Shown: piece by piece, positions 1 to 8,299 of the stretch | How the letters are laid out: each line of letters opens with the position of its first letter | Numbering within the stretch: the stretch's first letter is position 1 | NCBI GenBank assembly: GCA_001785985.1 | Contig: MFVE01000005.1 | Span: 178,533 to 231,770 of the forward strand | Reading direction: 5' to 3' | Length of the DNA stretch: 53,238 bases | From: Candidatus Nomurabacteria bacterium RIFCSPLOWO2_01_FULL_42_17 | GTDB lineage: Bacteria > Patescibacteriota > Minisyncoccia > Phycocordibacterales > UBA9973 | Translations under genes and position numbers: made by a program | The notes under the pieces: generated by a model | What the model saw: the letters and a program-made list of their open reading frames with translations, nothing else | Told to the model about the DNA's origin: nothing | The model's database searches: none

Positions 1-640
1 CATCAAAAATGATGATCGCTTTGTTTTGGAGAGCATACTCGACAAAATCTTTGAGTTGTTTTTTGGTGGCAACAGAGCCGGTCGGATTGTTCGGACTGCA
101 GAGATAAATCAGGTCCGTTTTTTGTTTGGGAGGAGTGGGCACAAACCCATTTGCTTCATCGCAGGCCATGTATATCAGACCTTCGTATCTTCCATCTTTA
201 AATTCTCCCGTCCGGCCAGCAATAACACTGCTATCCACATACACCGGATAAACAGGGTCGGCAACCGCAATAATATTATCTGATCCAAAAATGGATTGTA
301 TATTGGCTGAATCTGATTTCGCGCCATCACTGATAAAAATCTCCTGCGGATCTAAAGTAATATTTCTTTTTTGATAAAAGTCCACGAGTGCAGAGCGGAG
401 AGCGAGGTCGCCCTGCGCACTGCCATAGCCTGTATATGTTTTTTTATTGCCAAGCTTTTTGACTCCCTCTTCTAAGCCTTTAAGAACCGTTTTAGTTAAA
501 GGCAGAGTCGTATCGCCGATGCCAAGCCTCATCAGTTTTACTCCTGAATTTTTCTCTATAAAATTTTTCGTGCGTTTCGCTATCTCTGCAAACAAATATG
601 CGCCCTGCAATTTGTCGTAATTTTTATTAATCGTAGCCAT
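1..640 (-). CDS. dapL: LL-diaminopimelate aminotransferase, N-terminal ~213 codons (3' end runs off the window)
   Basis: Not in the ORF track because no stop lies in the window. Own translation from ATG 640-638 gives MATINKNYDKLQGAYLFAEIAKRTKNF...LCSPNNPTG. It has the DapL-type N-terminal KLxxxYLFxEIxxR signature and the class I aminotransferase NPTG motif. Same strand and directly upstream of dapA-dapB. Confidence 0.7.
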   Translation of the reverse strand, partial: MATINKNYDKLQGAYLFAEIAKRTKNFIEKNSGVKLMRLGIGDTTLPLTKTVLKGLEEGVKKLGNKKTYTGYGSAQGDLALRSALVDFYQKRNITLDPQEIFISDGAKSDSANIQSIFGSDNIIAVADPVYPVYVDSSVIAGRTGEFKDGRYEGLIYMACDEANGFVPTPPKQKTDLIYLCSPNNPTGSVATKKQLKDFVEYALQNKAIIIFD

Positions 641-646
641 CTTTAC

Positions 647-1567
647 TTAAATTAAATTTAGTTCTTTCAAAACTTTTTCCATCAAAGGCTTGTTTTTGTC
701 TTCCAAATTCGTTAATGGCAATCTTAAGTTTTCTTCTATTAATCCCATCATAGACAGAGCTGTTTTGACTGGGATCGGATTCGACTCAATGAAATTTATA
801 TTCATTAGATCAAGCATCTGGTAGTGCAATTTTTTGGCTTCTCTCATTCCTTTTGATTTTCCATCGAGGGCAAGATGAATCATATTGGAAAATAATTTTG
901 GAACTTCGTTACAAACAACAGAAATACAGCCCTTGCCACCGACAACGATGAGCGGTAAAGCTAAAGCATCGTCGCCAGCCAAAACAATAAAATCTTTTGG
1001 GCCATTTTTTTCGACTTCATTTATTATTTCCATCATTTGATTGATAGACCCAGAAGCTTCTTTGACTGCCACCACCGCCGGCACTTCTCTCGCAATTCGC
1101 AATATAGTTTGGGGTGAAACATTTGAGCCAGTTCGGCCTGGGACATTGTAAAGAATAATCGGCAAGTCCACGGCTTTGGCAATTTCTTTGTAGTGGAGCA
1201 CCAATCCGTTTGGAGTGGGCTTATTATAAAAAGGAGTCACATGAAGCAAGCCGTCTGCTCCGGCAGATTTAGCTAATTTTGAAAAATGAATTGCTTTCTT
1301 GGTATCGTTTGAGCCCGCTCCGGCAATCACTGGAACTTTTTTCGCCACTTTTTTAACAACTGTTTTTATGATGGTCGCGTATTCTTCATCATTTAAAGTT
1401 GCCGCTTCTCCAGTCGAACCGGCAACAACGATGCCATCTACCCCACCCTCTAATTGATACGCTACTAATTTTTCTAGCGCGGGCAAATCCAGCTGACTCT
1501 CTTTGCCATTTTTCTTAAATGGCGTAACAATTGCTGGAATGGAGCCAAAAAAATTTATTTTTTTCAT
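647..1567 (-). CDS. dapA: 4-hydroxy-tetrahydrodipicolinate synthase
   Basis: 306-aa ORF with DapA hallmarks GSTGE, YNVPGRTG and VAVKEASG. 4-nt overlap with dapB. Confidence 0.93.
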   Translation of the reverse strand: MKKINFFGSIPAIVTPFKKNGKESQLDLPALEKLVAYQLEGGVDGIVVAGSTGEAATLNDEEYATIIKTVVKKVAKKVPVIAGAGSNDTKKAIHFSKLAKSAGADGLLHVTPFYNKPTPNGLVLHYKEIAKAVDLPIILYNVPGRTGSNVSPQTILRIAREVPAVVAVKEASGSINQMMEIINEVEKNGPKDFIVLAGDDALALPLIVVGGKGCISVVCNEVPKLFSNMIHLALDGKSKGMREAKKLHYQMLDLMNINFIESNPIPVKTALSMMGLIEENLRLPLTNLEDKNKPLMEKVLKELNLI

Positions 1568-2253
1568 AAAACAGCATCAAAGGTATACACACCTTTTTTA
1601 TTTTTAATAAATTCGGCTGCGACCAGCGCCCCTTGGGCAAACCCCACCCTGTTATACGCTTGATGAGACAAAGTAATGCCGTCTGCGAGACTATCAAAAG
1701 TTACTTCATGGAAACCCGGATTTCTGCCGGCTCGGATAGAAGTAAAATTAAGCCCTTTGACTTTTTCTGAAATTTTTAGAGCCGTGCCCGAAGGGCTGTC
1801 TAACTTTGCCTTATGATGAATCTCCAATCCGTAGACTTCATATTCCGGGAATTTGCTGAAAAGTTTCGAAGAAAAATCTACCATCTTCAAAAAAATATTA
1901 GCTCCGATTGAAAAATTTGGAGCGTATAGCAAACCAATTTTATATTTAGCCGTAATTTTTTTTGCTGCATCCAGCTCGTCATACCAACCAGTAGTGCCAA
2001 CAATTAAATTTTTACCAAGCTTGGCGACTGCTTCGATATTTTTCAACACCACATCTTTGGATGTAAAATCAATCGCCACATCTGCTTTCGCAATACCTTT
2101 TATATCCAAGCTGTCGGTCATCTTTTTAAAACTAATTGAAACAACTTCAAAACCAGAAGAATAAGCGGAATCTCGGCACAAGCTGTCAATTTCCTTGCCC
2201 ATTTTTCCATACCCGATCAAGGCTATTTTTGTTTTATTTTTATGACTTTGCAT
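1564..2253 (-). CDS. dapB: 4-hydroxy-tetrahydrodipicolinate reductase
   Basis: 229-aa ORF with N-terminal Rossmann IALIGYGKMG and the DapB signature EIHHKAKLDSPSGTA. Confidence 0.92.
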   Translation of the reverse strand: MQSHKNKTKIALIGYGKMGKEIDSLCRDSAYSSGFEVVSISFKKMTDSLDIKGIAKADVAIDFTSKDVVLKNIEAVAKLGKNLIVGTTGWYDELDAAKKITAKYKIGLLYAPNFSIGANIFLKMVDFSSKLFSKFPEYEVYGLEIHHKAKLDSPSGTALKISEKVKGLNFTSIRAGRNPGFHEVTFDSLADGITLSHQAYNRVGFAQGALVAAEFIKNKKGVYTFDAVL

Positions 2254-2324
2254 CGCAATCTTATTATATTAGAGAGTAGCAAAAGCAATCACATTTATCA
2301 ACACAGAATCAACCAAAGAAAAAA

Positions 2325-2467
2325 GCATTAATCTCTAAACAATCCTTTTGAAGCTAGGCTCCAAGAGTAACAAATTATTAGAGGATGGCACCAGTAAAAA
2401 TAAATTTCTACCAGAACGTCCTATGCAAACTCGTATAACCGATGGCTGATTGCTTAGAGATTAATGC
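2325..2467. repeat. 20-nt inverted repeat pair (19/20) bracketing ~103 nt; MITE-like unit or structured RNA
   Basis: GCATTAATCTCTAAACAATC (2325-2344) versus GATTGCTTAGAGATTAATGC (2448-2467). Lies in the unusually long 376-nt dapB/ruvB divergent spacer with no credible ORF. Confidence 0.5.
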
Positions 2468-2629
2468 CTTCTTGCCTCGCCCCATGGCGGTGGCTTTGCA
2501 AATACCTCTAAAACTATTTTACTACAAAGAAAACTCAAAAGTTTCTATGAAATGCTATAATGTGTATAGCTATGTTGATACTGTGTTGATAAACCTACTA
2601 CTTGACCAGTATAGCATATCTTTAAACTA

Positions 2630-3664
2630 ATGTCAACTCCTAAGATAAACAAAAAGGATGATCAGAAGGCAGAAGATGTCGTTCTCGATATGACTCTGCG
2701 TCCTACCCGCTGGGATGAATACATCGGCCAAAAACACATAAAAGACAACGTTAAAATACTGTTGCAAGCAGCCGAGGAGCGCGGACACATTCCCGAGCAC
2801 ATTCTCTTTTACGGACCACCAGGATTGGGTAAAACCACCCTCGCGCACCTTATCGCCAAAGAAACAGGTAGGCAGATGAAGATAACTTCCGGACCAGCCA
2901 TCGAAAAAGTGGGCGATTTAGCCTCTATTTTGACAAATCTAGCACCGGGCGACATTCTTTTCATAGACGAAATTCATAGACTTAATAAAATGGTGGAAGA
3001 AATACTCTACCCGGCGATGGAATCCGGCGTTTTAGACATCATCATCGGCAAGGGCCCATCCGCTCGAACGATACAGTTAGACCTCCCCCCATTTACGCTT
3101 ATCGCCGCTACCACTCGGGTCGCCCTGATCTCCTCTCCATTGCGCTCGCGCTTTTCCGGCGGAACTTTCAGATTGGAATTTTACTCAAACGAAGAAATTG
3201 CAAAAATAATAGAAAGATCAAGCAAACTTTTAAATGTTTTGCTGGAAAAAGACGCTTTGGAAGAAATCGCCAAAAGAAGCCGGTTCACTCCTCGCACAGC
3301 AAATTACTTTTTAAAAAGAGCGCGCGACTTTGCTCAAGTCAGTAAAAAAATTGATAAAAAAAGCTTGGACAAAAAAATAGTAAAAGAGGCGCTTAATATG
3401 CTAGCCGTCGATGATATTGGTTTGAATTCTTCCGATAGAAAATTTTTGGAAATATTAATCGAGAAATTCAAAGGCGGGCCAGTGGGATTAAAAACTATGG
3501 CGGCCGCGATGTCAGAAGAAGAAGCGACGGTGGAAGAAGTGATCGAGCCATACTTGATCCAGCTCGGCCTCCTCGAACGCACCGCTCGCGGCCGCGTCGC
3601 TACAAAAAAAGCATATGAGCATTTGGAATTTGATTTAAAGAAAGGTCAAGAAAAACTCTTATGA
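2630..3664 (+). CDS. ruvB: Holliday junction branch migration helicase RuvB
   Basis: 344 aa with Walker A GPPGLGKTT and Walker B FIDEIHRL, plus RuvB C-terminal winged helix. TGA stop overlaps the ruvC ATG (ATGA). Confidence 0.96.
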   Translation: MSTPKINKKDDQKAEDVVLDMTLRPTRWDEYIGQKHIKDNVKILLQAAEERGHIPEHILFYGPPGLGKTTLAHLIAKETGRQMKITSGPAIEKVGDLASILTNLAPGDILFIDEIHRLNKMVEEILYPAMESGVLDIIIGKGPSARTIQLDLPPFTLIAATTRVALISSPLRSRFSGGTFRLEFYSNEEIAKIIERSSKLLNVLLEKDALEEIAKRSRFTPRTANYFLKRARDFAQVSKKIDKKSLDKKIVKEALNMLAVDDIGLNSSDRKFLEILIEKFKGGPVGLKTMAAAMSEEEATVEEVIEPYLIQLGLLERTARGRVATKKAYEHLEFDLKKGQEKLL

Positions 3665-4158
3665 GAATTTTGGGAATAGATCCGGGGTTTGAAAGATTGG
3701 GGATTGCTGTATTAGAAAAAGCCGCCTCCGCCAAAGGCTACGGCGCGCCGAAGAAAGAACAAGTAATTTTTTCTGAATGTTTCAAGACTTCGGCTAAATT
3801 AGATTTTGCTCAACGATTAAATTTAATCGGAGAGGAGATAAAAAAAATAATAAAAGAATACCAGCCGGAAGTTTTGGCGATTGAGACTTTATTTTTGAAC
3901 ACCAATCAAAAGACGGTCATGCGCGTAGCCGAAGCGCGCGGAGTAGCGGTTTATGAAGCCTCTCGAGCAGGACTTAAAATTTTTGAGGCTTCTCCACCCC
4001 AGATAAAAGTCGCCACGACTGGCTATGGTAGAGCAAATAAAGAACAAATGATAAAAATGATTAAGATATTAGTGGAAATAGAAAAAAATAAGACTTCTGA
4101 TGACGAATTAGACGCTATCGCTATCGCTCTGACAGCCTTTGCGCACATGCGTACTTAG
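3661..4158 (+). CDS. ruvC: crossover junction endodeoxyribonuclease RuvC
   Basis: 165 aa with MRILGIDPG start, acidic catalytic residues and DELDAIAIAL near the C-terminus. Translationally coupled to ruvB. Confidence 0.92.
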   Translation: MRILGIDPGFERLGIAVLEKAASAKGYGAPKKEQVIFSECFKTSAKLDFAQRLNLIGEEIKKIIKEYQPEVLAIETLFLNTNQKTVMRVAEARGVAVYEASRAGLKIFEASPPQIKVATTGYGRANKEQMIKMIKILVEIEKNKTSDDELDAIAIALTAFAHMRT

Positions 4159-4160
4159 GC

Positions 4161-4179
4161 TTATCCTGGGTTATCCACA
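4161..4179 (+). promoter_or_regulatory. DnaA-box pair (TTATCCtgg + perfect TTATCCACA)
   Basis: Perfect 9-mer TTATCCACA at 4171-4179, preceded 10 nt upstream by a TTATCC half box. Intergenic. Confidence 0.45.
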
Positions 4180-4279
4180 CATTCTATTGCCAACTCTTTT
4201 AGATTTTGTTACAAAGTAATAAATTAAGCTGTAATTTATTTTAGGGTCGCTTAAAAAATTAAAAAATAATTTTATTTAT

Positions 4280-4423
4280 ATGAGTTACAATGAAGATGAA
4301 GAAATAGAAACTGGTTTCAAAATGGGCGCTGCTGATGAAGATGAGCTGGGCGAACCGCTAGATATCCCAGAAGGAATAACTGACTTTGGACTAGACGAAG
4401 AAGATCCTGATAAGGACAGATAA
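4280..4423 (+). CDS. small (47 aa) highly acidic protein, unknown function
   Basis: Below the ORF-track size cutoff. Own translation: MSYNEDEEIETGFKMGAADEDELGEPLDIPEGITDFGLDEEDPDKDR. Followed immediately by a clean hairpin terminator. Confidence 0.4.
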   Translation: MSYNEDEEIETGFKMGAADEDELGEPLDIPEGITDFGLDEEDPDKDR

Positions 4424-4440
4424 AATAAATTCAAAATAAA

Positions 4441-4463
4441 ATACATAGGTTTAACCTATGTAT
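4441..4463. terminator. bidirectional intrinsic terminator
   Basis: ATACATAGG-TTTAA-CCTATGTAT, a 9-bp stem flanked by A-run/T-run on both sides. Sits between the convergent small ORF and tyrS. Confidence 0.65.
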
Positions 4464-4464
4464 T

Positions 4465-5661
4465 TTATTTGAGTGTAATTTTCACAAACCTTTTCTTGCC
4501 TATTTTGAGCGTCAAATTTTCTGTAACTTTCATATTTTGATCTATGACATTGTCATTTTTTTCTAGATCATGCACCCCTCGCCCCAATACAAGTCGGCGC
4601 CATTTGCTTTTCGAAGCAATAATTTTATTTTTTACTAAAACTTCACTTAAAAGTTCCCCTGCCCCACATTTTATTTCCTCCATTACTTCTGGAATTTCTT
4701 TTTTTTGGAAAGTACTCACAAAATTCTTTTCAGCTTTATCAGCTTCTTTGGAAGAGTGATATAGAGAAATAATTGTTTTTGCTAATTTTTTCTTCAGATT
4801 CATCGGGTTTTCTCCTTTTTTTAAAGAATCTTCAATTTTACTTATCTCATCTAAACTGAGTTCAGTGGTGAGTAAAAAATATTTTATAATAAGTTCATCT
4901 TTTAGAGCCATTATCTTCCCAAACATCTCATCTGGAGCATCAACGACTGAAATAATATTCCCCCAAGAGGAGGACATCTTTCGTCCATCTGTGCCTTCGA
5001 GCATTGAAAGCACCATAATATCCTGTTCAGGTTGGCCATATCTTTTTTGCACGGTCCTGCCAGCTTTTAAATTAAAAAGCTGATCAAATCCTCCAATCTC
5101 AACATCTGACTTAACAGCCACACTGTCGTATCCTTGCAAAGCAGGATATAAAAGCTCAACCACAAAAACATCTTGACCTGTGTTCATTCTGTCTTTGAAG
5201 TTTCTTCTTTTAATCATTTGTTGAACACTAAAACATTCTAGAAGCTGGCCAAGTTCGACGAAATTCATTTTATCGAACCATTCGGCATTATGCCTGACTT
5301 CAGTTTTTTTTATATCTATGACGAGAGCAATTTGCTCTAAGTAGTTTGCCAAATTGCTTTTTATCTGTTGCTCGGTCAACATCGGTCTTTTATCAAGCTT
5401 ATCTGAAGGGTCGCCAATTCTTGCGGTATAATCTCCGATAATAAGAACAATCTGGTGTCCTAAATCTTGAAAAGCTTTTAGTTTTCTGAGAGTAATTGCG
5501 CGTCCAAGGTGTATAAAAGGACTTGTTGGATCAATACCAAGTTTGATTCTCAGTTGCTCACCTGACAAAAGTCTCTCCCTTAAGTGCTCTTTGATGAAGA
5601 TATCCTCGACTCCACGTGTCAATAATTCATCTATTTTCTTTTCATCGGTTATCACTTTCAT
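4465..5661 (-). CDS. tyrS: tyrosine--tRNA ligase
   Basis: 398 aa, class I aaRS with HIGH-like HLGR, IGDYTARIGDPS, KMSSS (KMSKS) and a C-terminal S4-like domain. Confidence 0.9.
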   Translation of the reverse strand: MKVITDEKKIDELLTRGVEDIFIKEHLRERLLSGEQLRIKLGIDPTSPFIHLGRAITLRKLKAFQDLGHQIVLIIGDYTARIGDPSDKLDKRPMLTEQQIKSNLANYLEQIALVIDIKKTEVRHNAEWFDKMNFVELGQLLECFSVQQMIKRRNFKDRMNTGQDVFVVELLYPALQGYDSVAVKSDVEIGGFDQLFNLKAGRTVQKRYGQPEQDIMVLSMLEGTDGRKMSSSWGNIISVVDAPDEMFGKIMALKDELIIKYFLLTTELSLDEISKIEDSLKKGENPMNLKKKLAKTIISLYHSSKEADKAEKNFVSTFQKKEIPEVMEEIKCGAGELLSEVLVKNKIIASKSKWRRLVLGRGVHDLEKNDNVIDQNMKVTENLTLKIGKKRFVKITLK

Positions 5662-5667
5662 GCTCGA

Positions 5668-5692
5668 ATTCTAACACATTTTCTGATACAAT
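5668..5692. promoter_or_regulatory. back-to-back extended -10 promoters for tyrS (-) and the PBP gene (+)
   Basis: Minus strand: TGtTAGAAT (hexamer 5668-5673), then 6 nt, then ATG 5661. Plus strand: TGaTACAAT (5684-5692), then 7 nt, then ATG 5700. No Shine-Dalgarno sequence fits in either case. Confidence 0.5.
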
Positions 5693-5699
5693 TCTATCG

Positions 5700-8297
5700 A
5701 TGGAGAAAATACTGAAAATGATAAAAAATAACAAGTTTTTCAAAAAAATAACGGCCTTGGGGGCTGATATTTTTGTTTCTTTGAAGAAAATCTACAGAAA
5801 GAAAAGATTTTTAAAGAACATGGCGCTTCTATGTGTCAGTATTTTTATATTGCTTACTGGGATGATGCTTATGTGGCTTTCATCTATCAGAATTCCTGAT
5901 TTTCATTATTTTGAAAACAGAAGAGTTGAAAATTCAACAAAAATATACGACCGAACCGGAGAAATCCTGCTTTACGATATACATCAGGACACAAAGCGGA
6001 CGGATATACCGGGTGATGCGATGGGAATAAATATAAAAAATGCTACCGTAGCGATCGAAGACTCTGAATTTTACAATCATGGCGGAATAAGGATCACTGC
6101 TATCTTTCGCGCCATCTTGGCGAATTTCTTTGGCACCGGCCGAACGCAGGGCGGATCGACCATTACCCAGCAATTGGTAAAAAATACTCTCCTGACTTCT
6201 GAAAAATCTTACACTCGAAAAATAAAAGAGTGGGTCTTGGCAATCAAGATAGACAACTCTATACCAAAAGAAAAAATTCTAGAATATTATTTGAATGAAG
6301 CTCCCTATGGAGGAACTGTTTATGGCATACAAGAAGCAAGTAAAACTTATTTCAACAAAAATGCAGCTGACCTGACGCTGGCCGAAGCTGCCTACCTAGC
6401 TTCGATCCCGCAATCCCCGACCACCCTTTCGCCTTATGGTAAAAATAAAGACAAACTGGAGGCGAGGAAAAATCTAGTGCTTTCGAGGATGTTGGAGCTT
6501 AATTTCATAACAAAAGAAGATTACGACAAAGCCAAAAATGAAGTTGTTATTTTTATGCCCCAAGAGAAGATCGGGATCAAGGCGGCGCATTTCGTCTTTT
6601 TTATAAAAGATTACATTGAAAAGAAATATGGAAGTGAGATTCTCGAAAAAGGCGGACTCAAAGTCACAACAACGCTGGATTATGATTTGCAAGAAAAAGG
6701 AGAAGCGATCGTCAAAGATGGCGCCTTAAAAAATGAAAAAGATTGGGATGGAAAAAATGCCAGTCTGGTGGCGATAGATCCAAAGACAGGACAGATTTTG
6801 ACCATGATCGGCTCCAGAGACTATTTTGATAAAGAAATAGATGGAAACTTCAACGTGGCGACTGCCTCCAGGCAACCAGGCTCATCTTTTAAGCCATTCA
6901 TATACGCTACGGCTTTCAATAAGGGCTTTACCCCACAGACAGTGCTCTTTGACCTGCCGACAGAATTCCAAACGACCTGTGATGCTCTGGGCAAAGCGCT
7001 CCCTGGCCGTAATCAAAAAGATTGTTATATGCCCGATAACTATGATGGAAAATTCCGCGGACCAATGAGTCTGCGAGATGCGCTGGCGCAGTCGATCAAC
7101 TTGGTAGCCATAAAACTCTTCTACTTGGCCGGGCTTCCTAGTTCCTTGAAAACGGCTGAAGAGATGGGCATCAGCACTTTGACTGATATCGGACGATACG
7201 GACTGACGTTGGTTATCGGAGGCGGAGAAGTATCACTCCTCGACATAACATCCGCTTACGGAGTTTTTGCAAACGACGGCATGAGAAATCCATACATTGG
7301 AATTTTGAAAATTGAGGATGCGAACGGAAAAATTTTAGAAGAATTCAAGCCAAAAACTCAAGAGGTTCTGCCTAAAAATACTGCGTTAACTATTTCGAGT
7401 GTCTTGTCAGATGAAAAAGCTCGTATCCCGACTTTTGGAGCGCATTCTAGCCTCTTTGTGCCCGGAAAAGAGGTGGCGGTAAAAACCGGAACGACAAACA
7501 ATAACAAAGATGCATGGACGATCGGCTATACTCCGTCACTAGTGGTGGGTGTCTGGGCGGGCAATAATGACAATGTTCCGATGAAAAAGGGTGGCGCAGC
7601 GGTGGCTGGTCCGATTTGGAATAAATTTATAACTGAAGCCCTGAAAAAAAACTCTTCTGAAAATTTTGAAAAGCCTAATTTAGAAACTGATCCCAGTATG
7701 GTAAAGCCAGTGCTGAGAGGGTTTTGGCAAGGAAATGAAAACTTTTTTATAGATAAAATTTCCGGGAAATTAGCAGGCCCAAATACGCCCAAGGAAACTA
7801 TCGAAGAAAGAGTGATAACAAATGTGCATTCAATTCTTTATTGGATAGACAAAAAAGACATTTTAGGTGCGCCGCCAGAAAATCCTAATCAAGACCCACA
7901 ATTCAGCCGCTGGGAAATACCGATTGCTAATTGGTGGGCGCAAAACAAAGGGAAATATAGAACAATAACCATAAATGAAAAACCGACGATGACAGACGAT
8001 GTGCATACTGATTCAGCCAAGCCGATAGTTTCGATCATCGAGCCAAACACATACACAAATTATTCACTCAATCAAAAAATAAATCTGAAAATTTCTAGTT
8101 TGGGTCGTTACCCGCTAAAAAAAATAGATATATTCATAAATGATTCATATTTGGGAACATACGACTTCCCAACCCAATTTTCTTTTATCCCTAAAGACCT
8201 AGAAGATTTGCAGGCAGAAAATGAACTGAAAATAATCGTTTATGATATTTTTTATAATAAAAGCGAAACAAATATAATGTTTAGGGTGAATCAATAA
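5700..8297 (+). CDS. class A penicillin-binding protein (glycosyltransferase + transpeptidase)
   Basis: Shows the GT51 motif EDSEFYNHGG...GGSTITQQ and the transpeptidase motifs SSFKP (SxxK) and KTGT, plus an N-terminal TM helix. The track start 5616 overlaps tyrS. ATG 5700 (MEKILKMIKNN) sits 7 nt after an extended -10. Confidence 0.9.
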   Translation: MEKILKMIKNNKFFKKITALGADIFVSLKKIYRKKRFLKNMALLCVSIFILLTGMMLMWLSSIRIPDFHYFENRRVENSTKIYDRTGEILLYDIHQDTKRTDIPGDAMGINIKNATVAIEDSEFYNHGGIRITAIFRAILANFFGTGRTQGGSTITQQLVKNTLLTSEKSYTRKIKEWVLAIKIDNSIPKEKILEYYLNEAPYGGTVYGIQEASKTYFNKNAADLTLAEAAYLASIPQSPTTLSPYGKNKDKLEARKNLVLSRMLELNFITKEDYDKAKNEVVIFMPQEKIGIKAAHFVFFIKDYIEKKYGSEILEKGGLKVTTTLDYDLQEKGEAIVKDGALKNEKDWDGKNASLVAIDPKTGQILTMIGSRDYFDKEIDGNFNVATASRQPGSSFKPFIYATAFNKGFTPQTVLFDLPTEFQTTCDALGKALPGRNQKDCYMPDNYDGKFRGPMSLRDALAQSINLVAIKLFYLAGLPSSLKTAEEMGISTLTDIGRYGLTLVIGGGEVSLLDITSAYGVFANDGMRNPYIGILKIEDANGKILEEFKPKTQEVLPKNTALTISSVLSDEKARIPTFGAHSSLFVPGKEVAVKTGTTNNNKDAWTIGYTPSLVVGVWAGNNDNVPMKKGGAAVAGPIWNKFITEALKKNSSENFEKPNLETDPSMVKPVLRGFWQGNENFFIDKISGKLAGPNTPKETIEERVITNVHSILYWIDKKDILGAPPENPNQDPQFSRWEIPIANWWAQNKGKYRTITINEKPTMTDDVHTDSAKPIVSIIEPNTYTNYSLNQKINLKISSLGRYPLKKIDIFINDSYLGTYDFPTQFSFIPKDLEDLQAENELKIIVYDIFYNKSETNIMFRVNQ

Positions 8298-8299
8298 GA

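Noticed and set aside
26-283. 85-aa plus-strand ORF at the left edge
   Set aside because: It lies antisense to a much better reading frame, the DapL aminotransferase N-terminus read from ATG 640 on the minus strand. It has no recognisable motif.
3661-3664. Alternative genetic code (UGA recoded, as in Gracilibacteria/SR1-type CPR)
   Set aside because: TGA terminates ruvB at the classical ATGA overlap with ruvC and terminates cca at 38065-38067. All long ORFs are explained with code 11.
5662-5699. T-box leader upstream of tyrS
   Set aside because: Only 38 nt separate tyrS from the divergent PBP gene, far too short for a T-box.
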